DNA of 64,000 nucleotides from Malacoraja senta (taxonomy: Eukaryota), in NCBI GenBank assembly GCA_038087875.1, contig CM075987.1:27530001-27594000 (forward strand), read 5' to 3'. The position numbers and the translations under genes are program-made. A model generated the notes under the pieces. It worked only from the letters and a program-made list of their open reading frames with translations. It had not been told where the DNA came from and made no database searches. Within the stretch, counting starts at the first letter, position 1. The number at the start of each line of letters is the position of its first letter. Below are positions 25,201 through 35,179 of the stretch, one piece after another.

Positions 25201-27820
25201 GCTGTGACCCCTTGTCCTGGACTTCCCCAACATCGGGAACAATCTTCCTGCATCTAGCCTGTCCAACCCCATAAGAATTTTGTACGTTTCTATAAGATCC
25301 CCTCTCAATCTCCTAAATTCTAGCGAGTACAAGCCAAGTCTATCCAGTCTTTCTTCATATGAAAGTCCTGACATCCCAGGAATCAGTCTGGTGAACCTTC
25401 TCTGCACTCCCTCTATGGCTATAATGTCCTTCCTCAGATTTGGAGACCAAAACTGTACGCAATACTCCAGGTGTGGTCTCACCAAGACCCTGTACAACTG
25501 CAGTAGAACCTCCCTGCTCCTATACTCAAATCCTCTTGCTATGAAGGCCAACATACCATTCGCTTTCTTCACTGCCTGCTGCACCTGCATGCCTACTTTC
25601 AATGACTGGTGTACCATGACACCCAGGTCTCGCTGCACCTCCCCATTTCCTAATCGGCCACCATTTAGATAATAGTCTGCCTTCCCGTTTTTGCCACCAA
25701 AGTGGATAACCTCACATTTATCCACATTATACTGCATCTGCCAAACATTTGCCCACTCACCCAGCCTATCCAAGTCACCTTGCAGTCTCCTAGCATCCTC
25801 CTCACAGCTAACACTGCCCCCCAGCTTAGTGTCATCCGCAAACTTGGAGATGTTGCTTTCAATTCCCTCGTCCAGATCATTAATATAAATTGTAAATAGC
25901 TGGGGTCCCAGCACTGAGCCTTGCGGTACCCCACTAGTCACTGCCTGCCATTGTGAAAAGGACCCGTTTACTCCTACTCTTTGCTTCCTGTTTGCCAGCC
26001 AGTTCTTTATCCACATCAATACTGAAGCCCCAATACCGTGTGATTTAAGTTTGTATCCTAATCTCTTATGTGGTACCTTGTCGAAAGCCTTCTGAAAGTC
26101 CAGATACAACACATCCACTGGTTCTCCCCTATCCACTCTACTAGTTACATCCTCGAAAAATTCTATAAGATTCGTCAGACACGATTTACCTTTCGTAAAT
26201 CCATGCTGACTTTGTCCAATGATTTCATCACTTTCCAAATGTGCTGCTATCCCATCTTTAATAACTGACTCTAGCAGTTTCCCCACTACCGATGTTAGAC
26301 TAACTGGTCTGTAATTCCCCGTTTTCTCTCTCCCTCCCTTCTTAAAAAGTGGGGTTACGTTTGCTACCCTCCAATCCTCAGGAACTACTCCAGAATCTAA
26401 AGAATTTTGAAAAATTATCACTAATGCATCCACTATTTCTGGAGCTACTTCCTTAAGTACTCTGGGATGCAGCCTATCTGGCCCTGGTGATTTATCGGCC
26501 TTTAATCCATTCAATTTACCCAACACCACTTCCCGACTAACCTGGATTTCACTCAGTTCCTCCATCTCCTTTGACCCGCGGCCCCCTGCTATTTCCGGCA
26601 GATTATTTATGTCTTCCTTAGTGAAGACGGAACCAAAGTAGTTATTCAATTGGTCCGCCATATCCTTGTTCCCCATGATCAATTCACCTGTTTCTGACTG
26701 CAAGGGACCTACATTTGTTTTAACTAATCTCTTTCTCTTCACATATCTATAAAAACTTTTGCAGTCAGTTTTTATGTTCCATGCCAGTTTCCTTTCATAA
26801 TCTATTTTCCCTTTCCTAATTAAGCCCTTTGTCCTCCTCTGTTGGTCTCCGAATTTCTCCCAGTCCTCTGGTATGCTGCTTTTTCTGGCTAATTTGTACG
26901 CAACATCTTTTGCTTTGATACTATCCCTGATTTCCCTTGTTATCCACGGATGCACTACCTTCCCTGATTTATTCTTTTGCCAAACTGGGATGAACATTTT
27001 TTGTAGTTCATCCATGCAGTCTTTAAATGCCTTCCATTGCATATCCACCGTCAACCCTTTTAGAACTAATTGCCAGTCAATCTTGGCCAATTCACGTCTC
27101 ATATCCTCAAAGTTACCTTTCTTTAAGTTCAGAACCGTTGTTTCTGAATTAACAATGTCACTCTCCATCCTAATGAAGAACTCAACCATATTATGGTCAC
27201 TCTTGCCCAAGGGGGCACGCACAACAAGTCTGCTAACTAACCCTTCCTCATTACTCAATACCCAGTCTAGAATAGCCTGCTCTCTCGTTGGTTCCTCTAC
27301 ATGTTGGTTTAGATAACTATCCCTCATACATTCCAAGAAATCCTCTTCCTCAGCACCCCTGCCAATTTGATTCACCCAATCTATATGTAGATTGAAGTCA
27401 CCCATTATAACTGTTTTGCCTTTGTTGCACGCATTTCTAATTTCCTGTTTGATGCCATCCCCAACTTCACTACTACTGCTAGGTGGCCTGTACACAACAC
27501 CCACCAGCGTTTTCTGCCCCTTAGTGTTTCGTGTTCCTTTTAACCTTACCAGGCTTACTGAAAACATCATTATTCTACTGGGTAACATCTCATAAAAAAA
27601 GGTGAAGTAAAAGCATGTTCAAGTATTAGTAGCCTGGTCCAGAAAATTAATTCGATAGCCCAGAAAATCTGCTAACCGATGCCATCAAAGTCTCAACCTT
27701 GTCAGATTTTCCGAGGTTTACTATATTAGTATGTAACGTGATTAGTAAGATAATATCAGAATTCACCTTTAACAGAACCTTTTTGTTTTTCAACAGGGTC
27801 CCAACTTCTTTGAAAGATAA
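6662..27820 (+). CDS. Gene A: uncharacterised multi-exon protein (~390 aa, acidic, probably disordered)
   Basis: Phase-consistent GT-AG chain: 6662-7219 (spans N gap), 7575-7629, 9783-9890, 12280-12394, 13295-13342, 15361-15408, 17579-17632, 18088-18144, 19893-19943, 21270-21320, 21670-21717, 22201-22283, 24243-24315, 27797-27820 (GPNFFER*). AATAAA at 27958. Starts [38 protein letters not shown]. No homologue recognised. Confidence 0.7.
6848..7047. other. Assembly gap (200 N)
   Basis: Run of N. Confidence 1.
7575..7629 (+). CDS. Gene A exon ([19 protein letters not shown])
   Basis: tttcacag / gtaagt, phase 1 to 2. Confidence 0.7.
7870..8925. mobile_element. Non-autonomous GC-rich element, possibly Helentron/HINE(DINE-1)-like
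   Basis: Begins ttgaccaagggggacccgttgggcc (short hairpin), has low-complexity C/G tracts and a CpG-rich core, and ends with aaatttcacc...agaagat...acaaacatacaaac. No credible ORF. Family assignment is by resemblance only. Confidence 0.35.
9783..9890 (+). CDS. Gene A exon ([36 protein letters not shown])
   Basis: tctccag / gtaaag, phase 2 to 2. Confidence 0.7.
10110..10750. repeat. Dispersed GC-rich repeat (copy of 3700-4160 family)
   Basis: Direct sequence similarity to 3700-4160. Confidence 0.75.
12280..12394 (+). CDS. Gene A exon ([38 protein letters not shown])
   Basis: tttctag / gtaaga, phase 2 to 0; alternative donor after 12386. Confidence 0.7.
13295..13342 (+). CDS. Gene A micro-exon ([16 protein letters not shown])
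   Basis: 48 nt, attcag / gtaagt, phase 0-0. Confidence 0.65.
13733..15210 (-). mobile_element. CR1 LINE, 5'-truncated, frameshifted
   Basis: RT fragments ([49 protein letters not shown]) plus 3' UTR ending in (TCTATTG)n. Confidence 0.95.
15361..15408 (+). CDS. Gene A micro-exon ([16 protein letters not shown])
   Basis: 48 nt, tttacag / gttggt, phase 0-0. Confidence 0.6.
15990..17098 (+). mobile_element. CR1 LINE 3' fragments
   Basis: ORF 16493-16939 ...[33 protein letters not shown]. Confidence 0.85.
17579..17632 (+). CDS. Gene A micro-exon ([18 protein letters not shown])
   Basis: 54 nt, ctttacag / gtaaat, phase 0-0. Confidence 0.65.
18088..18144 (+). CDS. Gene A micro-exon ([19 protein letters not shown])
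   Basis: 57 nt, ttttcag / gtaaat, phase 0-0. Confidence 0.65.
19893..19943 (+). CDS. Gene A micro-exon ([17 protein letters not shown])
   Basis: 51 nt, tatttcag / gtaact, phase 0-0. Confidence 0.65.
20339..20370 (+). ncRNA. Putative minimal hammerhead ribozyme motif (Penelope-associated)
   Basis: GT-CTGAAGA-A-GGGT(TTCG)GCCC-GAAACGTT-GC. Confidence 0.55.
21270..21320 (+). CDS. Gene A micro-exon ([17 protein letters not shown])
   Basis: 51 nt, T-rich acceptor / gtaaca, phase 0-0. Confidence 0.65.
21670..21717 (+). CDS. Gene A micro-exon ([16 protein letters not shown])
   Basis: 48 nt, aatgcag / gtaagc, phase 0-0. Confidence 0.65.
22201..22283 (+). CDS. Gene A exon ([28 protein letters not shown])
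   Basis: aattag / gtaagt, phase 0 to 2; poly-Asp. Confidence 0.7.
22490..24010. mobile_element. CR1 3' end (minus, 22490-22725) and old decayed CR1 (plus, ~22780-24010)
   Basis: Recognisable 3' UTR and degenerate RT C-terminal motifs ([19 protein letters not shown]). Confidence 0.7.
24243..24315 (+). CDS. Gene A exon ([24 protein letters not shown])
   Basis: ttttttag / gtgagc, phase 2 to 0. Confidence 0.7.
24911..27530 (-). mobile_element. Young CR1 LINE, 5'-truncated, near-intact ORF2 (C-terminal APE plus RT)
   Basis: ORF 25102-27588 (828 aa): [27 protein letters not shown]. 3' tail (CTATGTAT)n. Lies in the last intron of gene A. Confidence 0.97.
27797..27820 (+). CDS. Gene A terminal coding exon (GPNFFER*)
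   Basis: Strong acceptor ttttgtttttcaacag, TAA stop, AATAAA at 27958. Confidence 0.6.
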   Translation, partial: GPNFFER

Positions 27821-27957
27821 CTTTGTGCCTGTAGAGAATTGTTAAAATGGAGCGATTGACCTGTTTTATAATAAGTGGAGTTCCACAAAAAAAAGTTGTA
27901 AATTGTTTTGCTTGTTGATACGTTTAGCTGCTGTGTTATAACTTTTAAGCTAACTTT

Positions 27958-27963
27958 AATAAA
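27958..27963 (+). terminator. Polyadenylation signal of gene A
   Basis: AATAAA about 140 nt after the stop, followed by T-rich sequence. Confidence 0.5.
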
Positions 27964-28178
27964 AACATTATTTCCATAGTACCTGTCACAGCATTTTTTA
28001 TCTTGTCTCAGGCTATGCTGATGACTGGCTAGTTTTCAGTGGAACAGTTACTGGTTGAAAACGCATGGGGACTATGAACAAAATGTGATAATCCTTAGCA
28101 GGCAGCATCTCTGGAGAGAAGGAATGGGTGACGATTCGGGTCGAGACCCTTCTTCAGACTGAGGAAGGGTCTCGACCA

Positions 28179-28210
28179 GTCTGAAGAAGGGTCTCGACCC
28201 GAAACGTCAC
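28179..28210 (+). ncRNA. Putative minimal hammerhead ribozyme motif (Penelope-associated)
   Basis: GT-CTGAAGA-A-GGGT(CTCG)ACCC-GAAACGTC-AC, inside the palindromic element 28097-28310. Confidence 0.6.
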
Positions 28211-29619
28211 CCATTCCTTCTCTCCAGAGATGCTGCCTGTCCCGCTGAGTTACTCCAGCATTTTGTGTTTACCTTCGATTTAAACCAGCATCTGCTGTCC
28301 TTTCCAACACGTGATGAACCTCATGTTGATACCATATTAGATGAACCGAGGGACACTGTGGGACTGTTCCTGCACTGTACTGTTCTCTGTAACTTTTCAT
28401 GTTACACCCTCAAATAATTAGAGCAAATATAGTTTAGTTTAGAGATACAGCATGGAAATAGGCCTTTTGGTAAATTTGTACATTCTACCATGAATTTAAA
28501 AATGAGCCCATCTGATATCTTAGTGATATTAGCAATGTTTTCCACGATGAACACATGCAAAAATGTATTCAACATATTTGCCATTCCTTTGTTTGCTGAT
28601 ATTAATTTACCATCCTCATTCTTTAGACACCCTATGCTTACCTTAGCTGTCTTTTTCCTCTTTATATCTAAAATTGTATTGATTATTGTTGTCCTCCGTG
28701 TAAGTTTTCTCAAAATCCATTCTCTACCACCTTATGAGCTTTATAGGCATTTGCCACTAAATCCTAACATTTTCCCAGTCCTATGGTCTACCACTAACTC
28801 TTAGCACTTGGTACAGCTTACATTTCAATTTAACATTGTCCTTTACCCGGAGCCACAGGAAGTGTAGATGCTGGAATCTTGCGTATAACACAAAGCACCA
28901 AATTCTGCTTTTATTTCTTGTGTTTTTATGTTACACCTGTGCTATATTGGATGGAGATATTCCTAGAGGAAATAAACAGAAAACAAAAGAAAACTGCATA
29001 TGCTGAAATAAAAAATAATATGCTGTGGATATGCAGTAGGCCAGGTTGTATCTGTGGAGAGAGAAACAAAGCTAATGTTTTAGGAGAAACAATGATCTGC
29101 AGGTGCTGGCTTACAGAAAAGAGATACAAAGTGCTGGAGTAACTCAGCGGCTCACAGCACCGTTGGAGAACATGGATAAAATTTTGAGTCTCCTGAAAAT
29201 ATGTATATACACTGATGAAAGGTTGCCCAATTCTTCTTGTTAAACTTTTTTTTCTCCAAAAATGAACTTTTATTCAGAATAAAAATATATATACCAAACA
29301 GTAACTGAAGAACTCCCAATATTCGAAGCATCCATACATTCATTAGACAATAGACAATAGGTGCAGGAGTAGGCCATTTGACCCTTTGAGCCAGCACCGC
29401 CATTCAATGTGATCATGGCTGATCATCCCTAATCAGTACCCCGTTCCTGCCTTCTCCCCATATCCCCTGACTCTGCTATTTTTAAGAGCCCTATCTAGCT
29501 CTTTCTTGAAAGCATCCAGAGAAATTGCCTCCACTGCCCTCTGAGGCAGAGAATTCCACACTCACAGATTAGTGTCATACTTAATAGTGTTTGCACTTAA
29601 ACATTGCACCATTGCACAC

Positions 29620-30590
29620 GTTACAATGAGGGATTGTTGTCTACAGGCATGCTACAGCGTTGGATTCCCAGTTGCCCACACCTGTGTCACAGTGAGAGAT
29701 TCACTCTTGCCTGTCTCCCTTTAGTGGAGGGATCCCTCTTGCACACAGGCATGTCACAGTGAGGGATTCCCTCTTGCCCCTACACTCATGTCATAATGAA
29801 TTACCTGCTGCTCACACTCGTGTCACAGTGAGGGATTATCTCCTCCTCATACTAGTGTCACAGAGAAGGATTCCCTCTTGCATGCATCCCTGTTGCCTAC
29901 ACACGTGGGACAGTGAGCGATACCCCATTACCCACACGTGTCACACGGATTTCCTGGTGACCACACTTGTGACTGAATTACTCCCTGCTGCCTGTATCTC
30001 TTTAGTGGAGGGATTCCCTGCTGCTTACACGTGTGTCAGTGAGTGATCCCCTGTTGCTTACAAATGTGTGTGGTCAGGGATTTCCAGCAGCCTACACGTG
30101 TGTCACGGTGAGGTATTCCCTGCTGCCTGTATCCCGTTAGTGTTGGGATTGCCAGCAGCCCACACACCAGTCACATGTGTCATAGTGAGGGATTCCCTGC
30201 AGCAGTGCAGCCTGTACCCCTCTAGTAGAGAAATTCCCTGTTGCTTACACGCGTGTCACAGTGCGTGAACCCCTGTTGCTTACACATATGTCACAGAGGG
30301 ATTCCTTGCTGCTTACACAGGTGCCAGCGGGATTCCCTGCCGCCTACACGCGTGTATCAGCGAGAGATTCCGTGCCGCCTACACGGGTGTGTCAGTGAGG
30401 GATCCCCTGCCGCCTATATCCCTTTAGTGTTGGTATTCCCTGCTGTTTACACGCGAGTGTGTCACAGTGAGGGATTCCCTGCCGCCTACACACACATGTC
30501 ACGGTGAGGGATTCCCTTGCCGCCTACACACATATATCAGTGAGGGATTCGCCGTCGCCTGTGTCCCTCTAGTGGAAAGAGGAGGGGAGT
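29620..30590. repeat. Degenerate minisatellite (~38-40 bp; GTCACAGTGAGGGATTCCCTGCTGCCTACACACGT core)
   Basis: About 20 diverged units with recurring GGGATTCCC and CACAGTG. Confidence 0.9.
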
Positions 30591-30594
30591 TCCC

Positions 30595-30830
30595 TGACAA
30601 GGCGTCGGAGCGCGCATGCTCGGGGGCGGGCAACGGCCCAGGCCCGTTGCTAGGCGACGGCCCAGGCCCGTTGCTAGGCGACGGCCAGGCTCGTTGCTAG
30701 GCGACGGCCCAGGCCCAGGCCCAGAGCGCGGTGACCGCCCGCTCCCGGTAAGTGCAGCAACTCCAGCCGCCGGACACTCGGGCCCGCCTCCGCCTCCGCC
30801 TCCGCTGCTGCTTCAGTGAATTCTTTCGCG
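30595..30830 (+). promoter_or_regulatory. CpG-island promoter and non-coding exon 1 of the C9orf43-like gene, with 3 tandem RFX X-boxes
   Basis: GTTGCTAGGCGAC at 30646, 30670 and 30693. NRF1-like GCGCGCATGC at 30610. Donor CCG|gtaagt after 30747. Confidence 0.75.
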
Positions 30831-30973
30831 AAGTGGGTTTTCTATTTCCTTTAACCCTCGATGACAAGCAATTGCCTGCTGTAGAACCAGAAGAGAGGAA
30901 GAACGTCTGTGGGAGAGTCCAGGACCAGAGGTCACAGCCTCACAATTAAAGGACGTTCCTTTAGGAAGGAGAT

Positions 30974-33053
30974 ACATAGAAACATAGAAAATAGGTGCAG
31001 GAGTAGGCCATTCGGCCCTTCGAGCCAGCACCGCCATTCAATATGATCATGGCTGATCATCCAACTCAGTATCCTGTACCTGCCTTCTCTCCATACCCCC
31101 TGATCCCTTTAGCCACAAGGGCCACATCTAACTCCCTCTTAAATATAGCCAATGAACTGGCCTCAACTACCCTCTGTGGCAGAGAGTTCCAGAGATTCAC
31201 CACTCTCTGTGGGAAAAAGTTTTTGCTCATCTCGGTCTTAAAGGATTTCCCCCTTATCCTTAAGCTGTGACCCCTTGTCCTGGACTTCCCCAACATCGGG
31301 AACAATCTTCCTGCATCTAGCCTGTCCAACCCCATAAGAATTTTGTACGTTTCTATAAGATCCCCTCTCAATCTCCTAAATTCTAGCGAGTATAAGCCAA
31401 GTCTATCCAGTCTTTCTTCATATGAAAGTCCTGACATCCCAGGAATCAGTCTGGTGAACCTTCTCTGCACTCCCTCTATGGCTATAATGTCCTTCCTCAG
31501 ATTTGGAGACCAAAACTGTACGCAATACTCCAGGTGTGGTCTCACCAAGACCCTGTACAACTGCAGTAGAACCTCCCTGCTCCTATACTCAAATCCTCTA
31601 GCTATGAAAGCCAACATACCATTCGCTTTCTTCACTGCCTGCTGCACCTGCATGCCTACTTTCAATGACTGGTGTACCATGACACCCAGGTCTCGCTGCA
31701 TCTCCCCATTTCCTAATCGGCCACCATTTAGATAATAGTCTGCCTTCCCGTTTTGCCACCAAAGTGGATAACCTCACATTTATCCACATTATACTGCATC
31801 TGCCAAACATTTGCCCACTCACCCAGCCTATCCAAGTCACCTTGCAGTCTCCTAGCATCCTCCTCACAGCTAACACTGCCCCCCAGCTTAGTGTCATCCG
31901 CAAACTTGGAGATGTTGCTTTCAATTCCCTCATCCAGTTCATTAATATAAATTGTAAATAGCTGGGGTCCCAGCACTGAGCCTTGCGGTACCCCACTAGT
32001 CACTGCCTGCCATTGTGAAAAGGACCCGTTTACTCCTACTCTTTGCTTCCTGTTTGCCAGCCAGTTCTCTATCCACATCAATACTGAACCCCCAATACCG
32101 TGTGATTTAAGTTTGTATCCTAATCTCTTATGTGGTACCTTGTCGAAAGCCTTCTGAAAGTCCAGATACAACACATCCACTGGTTCTCCCCTATCCACTC
32201 TACTCGTTACATCCTCGAAAAATTCTATAAGATTCGTCAGACACGATTTACCTTTCGTAAATCCATGCTGACTTTGTCCAATGATTTCACCACTTTCCAA
32301 ATGTGCTGCTATCCCATCTTTAATAACTGACTCTAGCAGTTTCCCCACTACCGATGTTAGACTAACTGGTCTGTAATTCCCCGTTTTCTCTCTCCCTCCC
32401 TTCTTAAAAAGTGAGGTTACGTTTGCTACCCTCCAATCCTCAGGAACTACTCCAGAATCTAAAGAGTTTTGAAAAATTATCACTAATGCATCCACTATTT
32501 CTGGAGCTATTTCCTTAAGTACTCTGGGATGCAGCCTATCTGGCCCTGGTGATTTATCGGCCTTTAATCCATTTAATTTACCCAACACCACTTCCCGACT
32601 AACCTGGATTTCACTCAGTTCCTCCATCTCCTTTGACCCGCGGCCCCCTGCTATTTCCGGCAGATTATTTATGTCTTCCTTAGTGAAGACGGAACCAAAG
32701 TAGTTATTCAATTGGTCCGCCATATCCTTGTTCCCCATGATCAATTCACCTGTTTCTGACTGCAAGGGACCTACATTTGTTTTAACTAATCTCTTTCTCT
32801 TCACATATCTATAAAAACTTTTGCAGTCAGTTTTTATGTTCCATGCCAGTTTCCTTTCATAATCTATTTTCCCTTTCCTAATTAAGCCCTTTGCCCTCCT
32901 CTGCTGGTCTCTGAATTTCTCCCAGTCCTCTGGTATGCTGCTTTTTCTGGCTAATTTGTACGCATCATCTTTTGCTTTGATACTATCCCTGATTTCCCTT
33001 GTTATCCACGGATGCACTACCTTCCCTGATTTATTCTTTTGCCGAACTGGGAT
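30974..33053 (-). mobile_element. Young CR1 LINE, 5'-truncated, nested in an older CR1 3' fragment
   Basis: ORFs 31728-33017 and 31066-31701 (one frameshift) are nearly identical to the 24911-27530 copy. Flanks 30908-30973 and 33051-33275 are halves of one + strand CR1 fragment. Confidence 0.95.
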
Positions 33054-33414
33054 GAGGAGGAATTTCTTCAGTCAGAGGGTGGGTGAATCTGTGGAATTCA
33101 TTGCCACAGAAGGATGTGGAGGCCAAGTCAGTGGGTATTTTTCAGGCAGAGATTGATTCTTGATTAGTTCGGGTGTCAGGGGTTATGGGGTTGAGAGGGA
33201 AAGATAGATCAGCCATGATTGAATGGTGTAGTGGACTTGATGGGCCAAATGGCCTAATTCTGCTCCTATCACTTGTGAACGACCAAGGCTGTAGTCTTCC
33301 CGCACAACCTCAGGGCGTCCCCATGCCCCTGAGGTGTAGTCACTGATGTGAAGCATGCAACGTTGGGTACAACTCCTGGAAAGAACACAATGATGACCAA
33401 ATAATCAGTCTTTT

Positions 33415-33620
33415 AGTGTAACTCGGTAGGACAGGCAGCATCTCTGGAGAGAAGGAATGGGTGACATTTCAGGTCGAGACCCTTCTTCAGACTGAAGAAG
33501 GGTCTCAACCCGAAACATCACCCATTCCTTCTCTCCAGTGATGCTGCCTGTCCCGCTGAGTTACTCCAGCATTTTGTGTCCATCTTCGGTTTAAACCAGC
33601 ATCTGCAGTTCCTTCTTACA
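33415..33620. mobile_element. Penelope-derived palindromic element
   Basis: Near-perfect inverted repeat centred on 33491 (cttcttcag-a-ctgaagaag). Similar elements at 24690-24890, 42052-42250, 44600-44860, 51800-52020 and 55565-55770. Confidence 0.8.
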
Positions 33621-35179
33621 CAATCAGTCTTAGTGTTGTTGGTTGAAGGTAACTTTTGGCCAAAATCCCTGGGAGAGCTTCCTTACTGATCATTCAACAG
33701 TATTGTCTGTCCTTCTATTTTCACCTTCTCTGATATTAATCAAAATGGACTACAGCTATGGGATCTTTCTTCTGGGTGCTCTGGTCCACGTCATGGTTCA
33801 TACATACATGGTTCCATACATCTGATCCATTACTAAAACAGTTGTGGGAGTTTGCTCAGTGATTGTTCGACATGTTTCCACGAATACCTAGGAAATACCT
33901 AGGCCATATATCTTTAGAATTTAGAGATAGTGTCTAAAGTGTAAGGATTTTTGCCCACCGAGTCATCGCCGACCAGCGATCACCCCATACATTTGGGCAT
34001 ATATACAGAAACCAATTGTATGTCTTTACTTTACACAATGGTGCGTTACTTTAGAGACACAGCGTGGAAACAGGCCCTTTGGCCATCCAAGTCCGTGCCG
34101 ACCAGCGATCACCATGTACCCATGCAGATTCCTATAAACTTGGGACAATTTACAATTTTACCAAAGCCAATTAACCTAAAAACCTGCACGTCTCTGCAGT
34201 GTGGGAGGAAACCTGAGCACCCAGAGTAACCCCATGTGGGTCACAGGGAGAACGTACATACTCCGTACTGACAGCACCCGTATTCTGCATCAAACCCGGT
34301 TCTCTAGTGCTGTGAGGCAGCAACTCTACCGCTGCATCACCGAGCCGCCCAAAATGCTTGTCAGTATTTCCAATCATTTATGGCATACTTCTGCATTGAA
34401 TCTCTTTTGTCACTTTTCTGCCAAATAACCAGTCCATTAACAGTTTGTTTCATCACTATCATTTATTGATTTATTATGGTACAGGTGCCATTCAGCCCAT
34501 CAGGTCCATACCATTTCCCAGCAGACTAGCAAGCACCATTGCAAATAATGACGCAGTCCCACAAGGGAGCTCTGAAACTACTGGCACCTATCAAGGGCTT
34601 TTAACAATACTGGTGCTCTCCAGAACCATGGCCAATGTTCCCAGACTTCAAGGGCCTCCTGCAAGTACTGCTAAACTCAAAGGAAATCCCTGCAAATACT
34701 GGCAGATTCTGGAATCCGTGCAATTATTGAAACAATCCAAAAAAAACTCCTGGATATATTCCTGCACTCCACAGGGGTCCTGCAAATTCTGACAAGCGCC
34801 AAGGGTTGGCTCACTCTTAATTACTCACATTGGCATTGAGCCCACGATAGCCCAGTTGCTAAAGCATGTCACCACTGCCAGTAAGTTAGTCATTATGGGT
34901 AATTATGCACATTAAATGATTCCATTAGGCAACCTGACATTTGCAATACACAGTAAAAACACTGCATATATTCATCAAGATACACAGCGTGTGTGCACTC
35001 CAATGGAACCCTTGCATTTATTGACACAATCTGAGGGAAAAGCCCACAATTATCGGTATATTCTGGGAGCCCCTGAAAATATTGGCAAACTCCAAAATTG
35101 GTTAACTCTTCACTGACTCAATTCATCCATTCAATTATCCAAATTTAAACAAAGATTGAACATAGTTTGAAAGGGTACA

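Noticed and set aside
29620..30590. Repeated CACAGTG as V(D)J recombination signal heptamers
   Set aside because: No ACAAAAACC-like nonamer at 12 or 23 bp spacing and no Ig/TCR segments.
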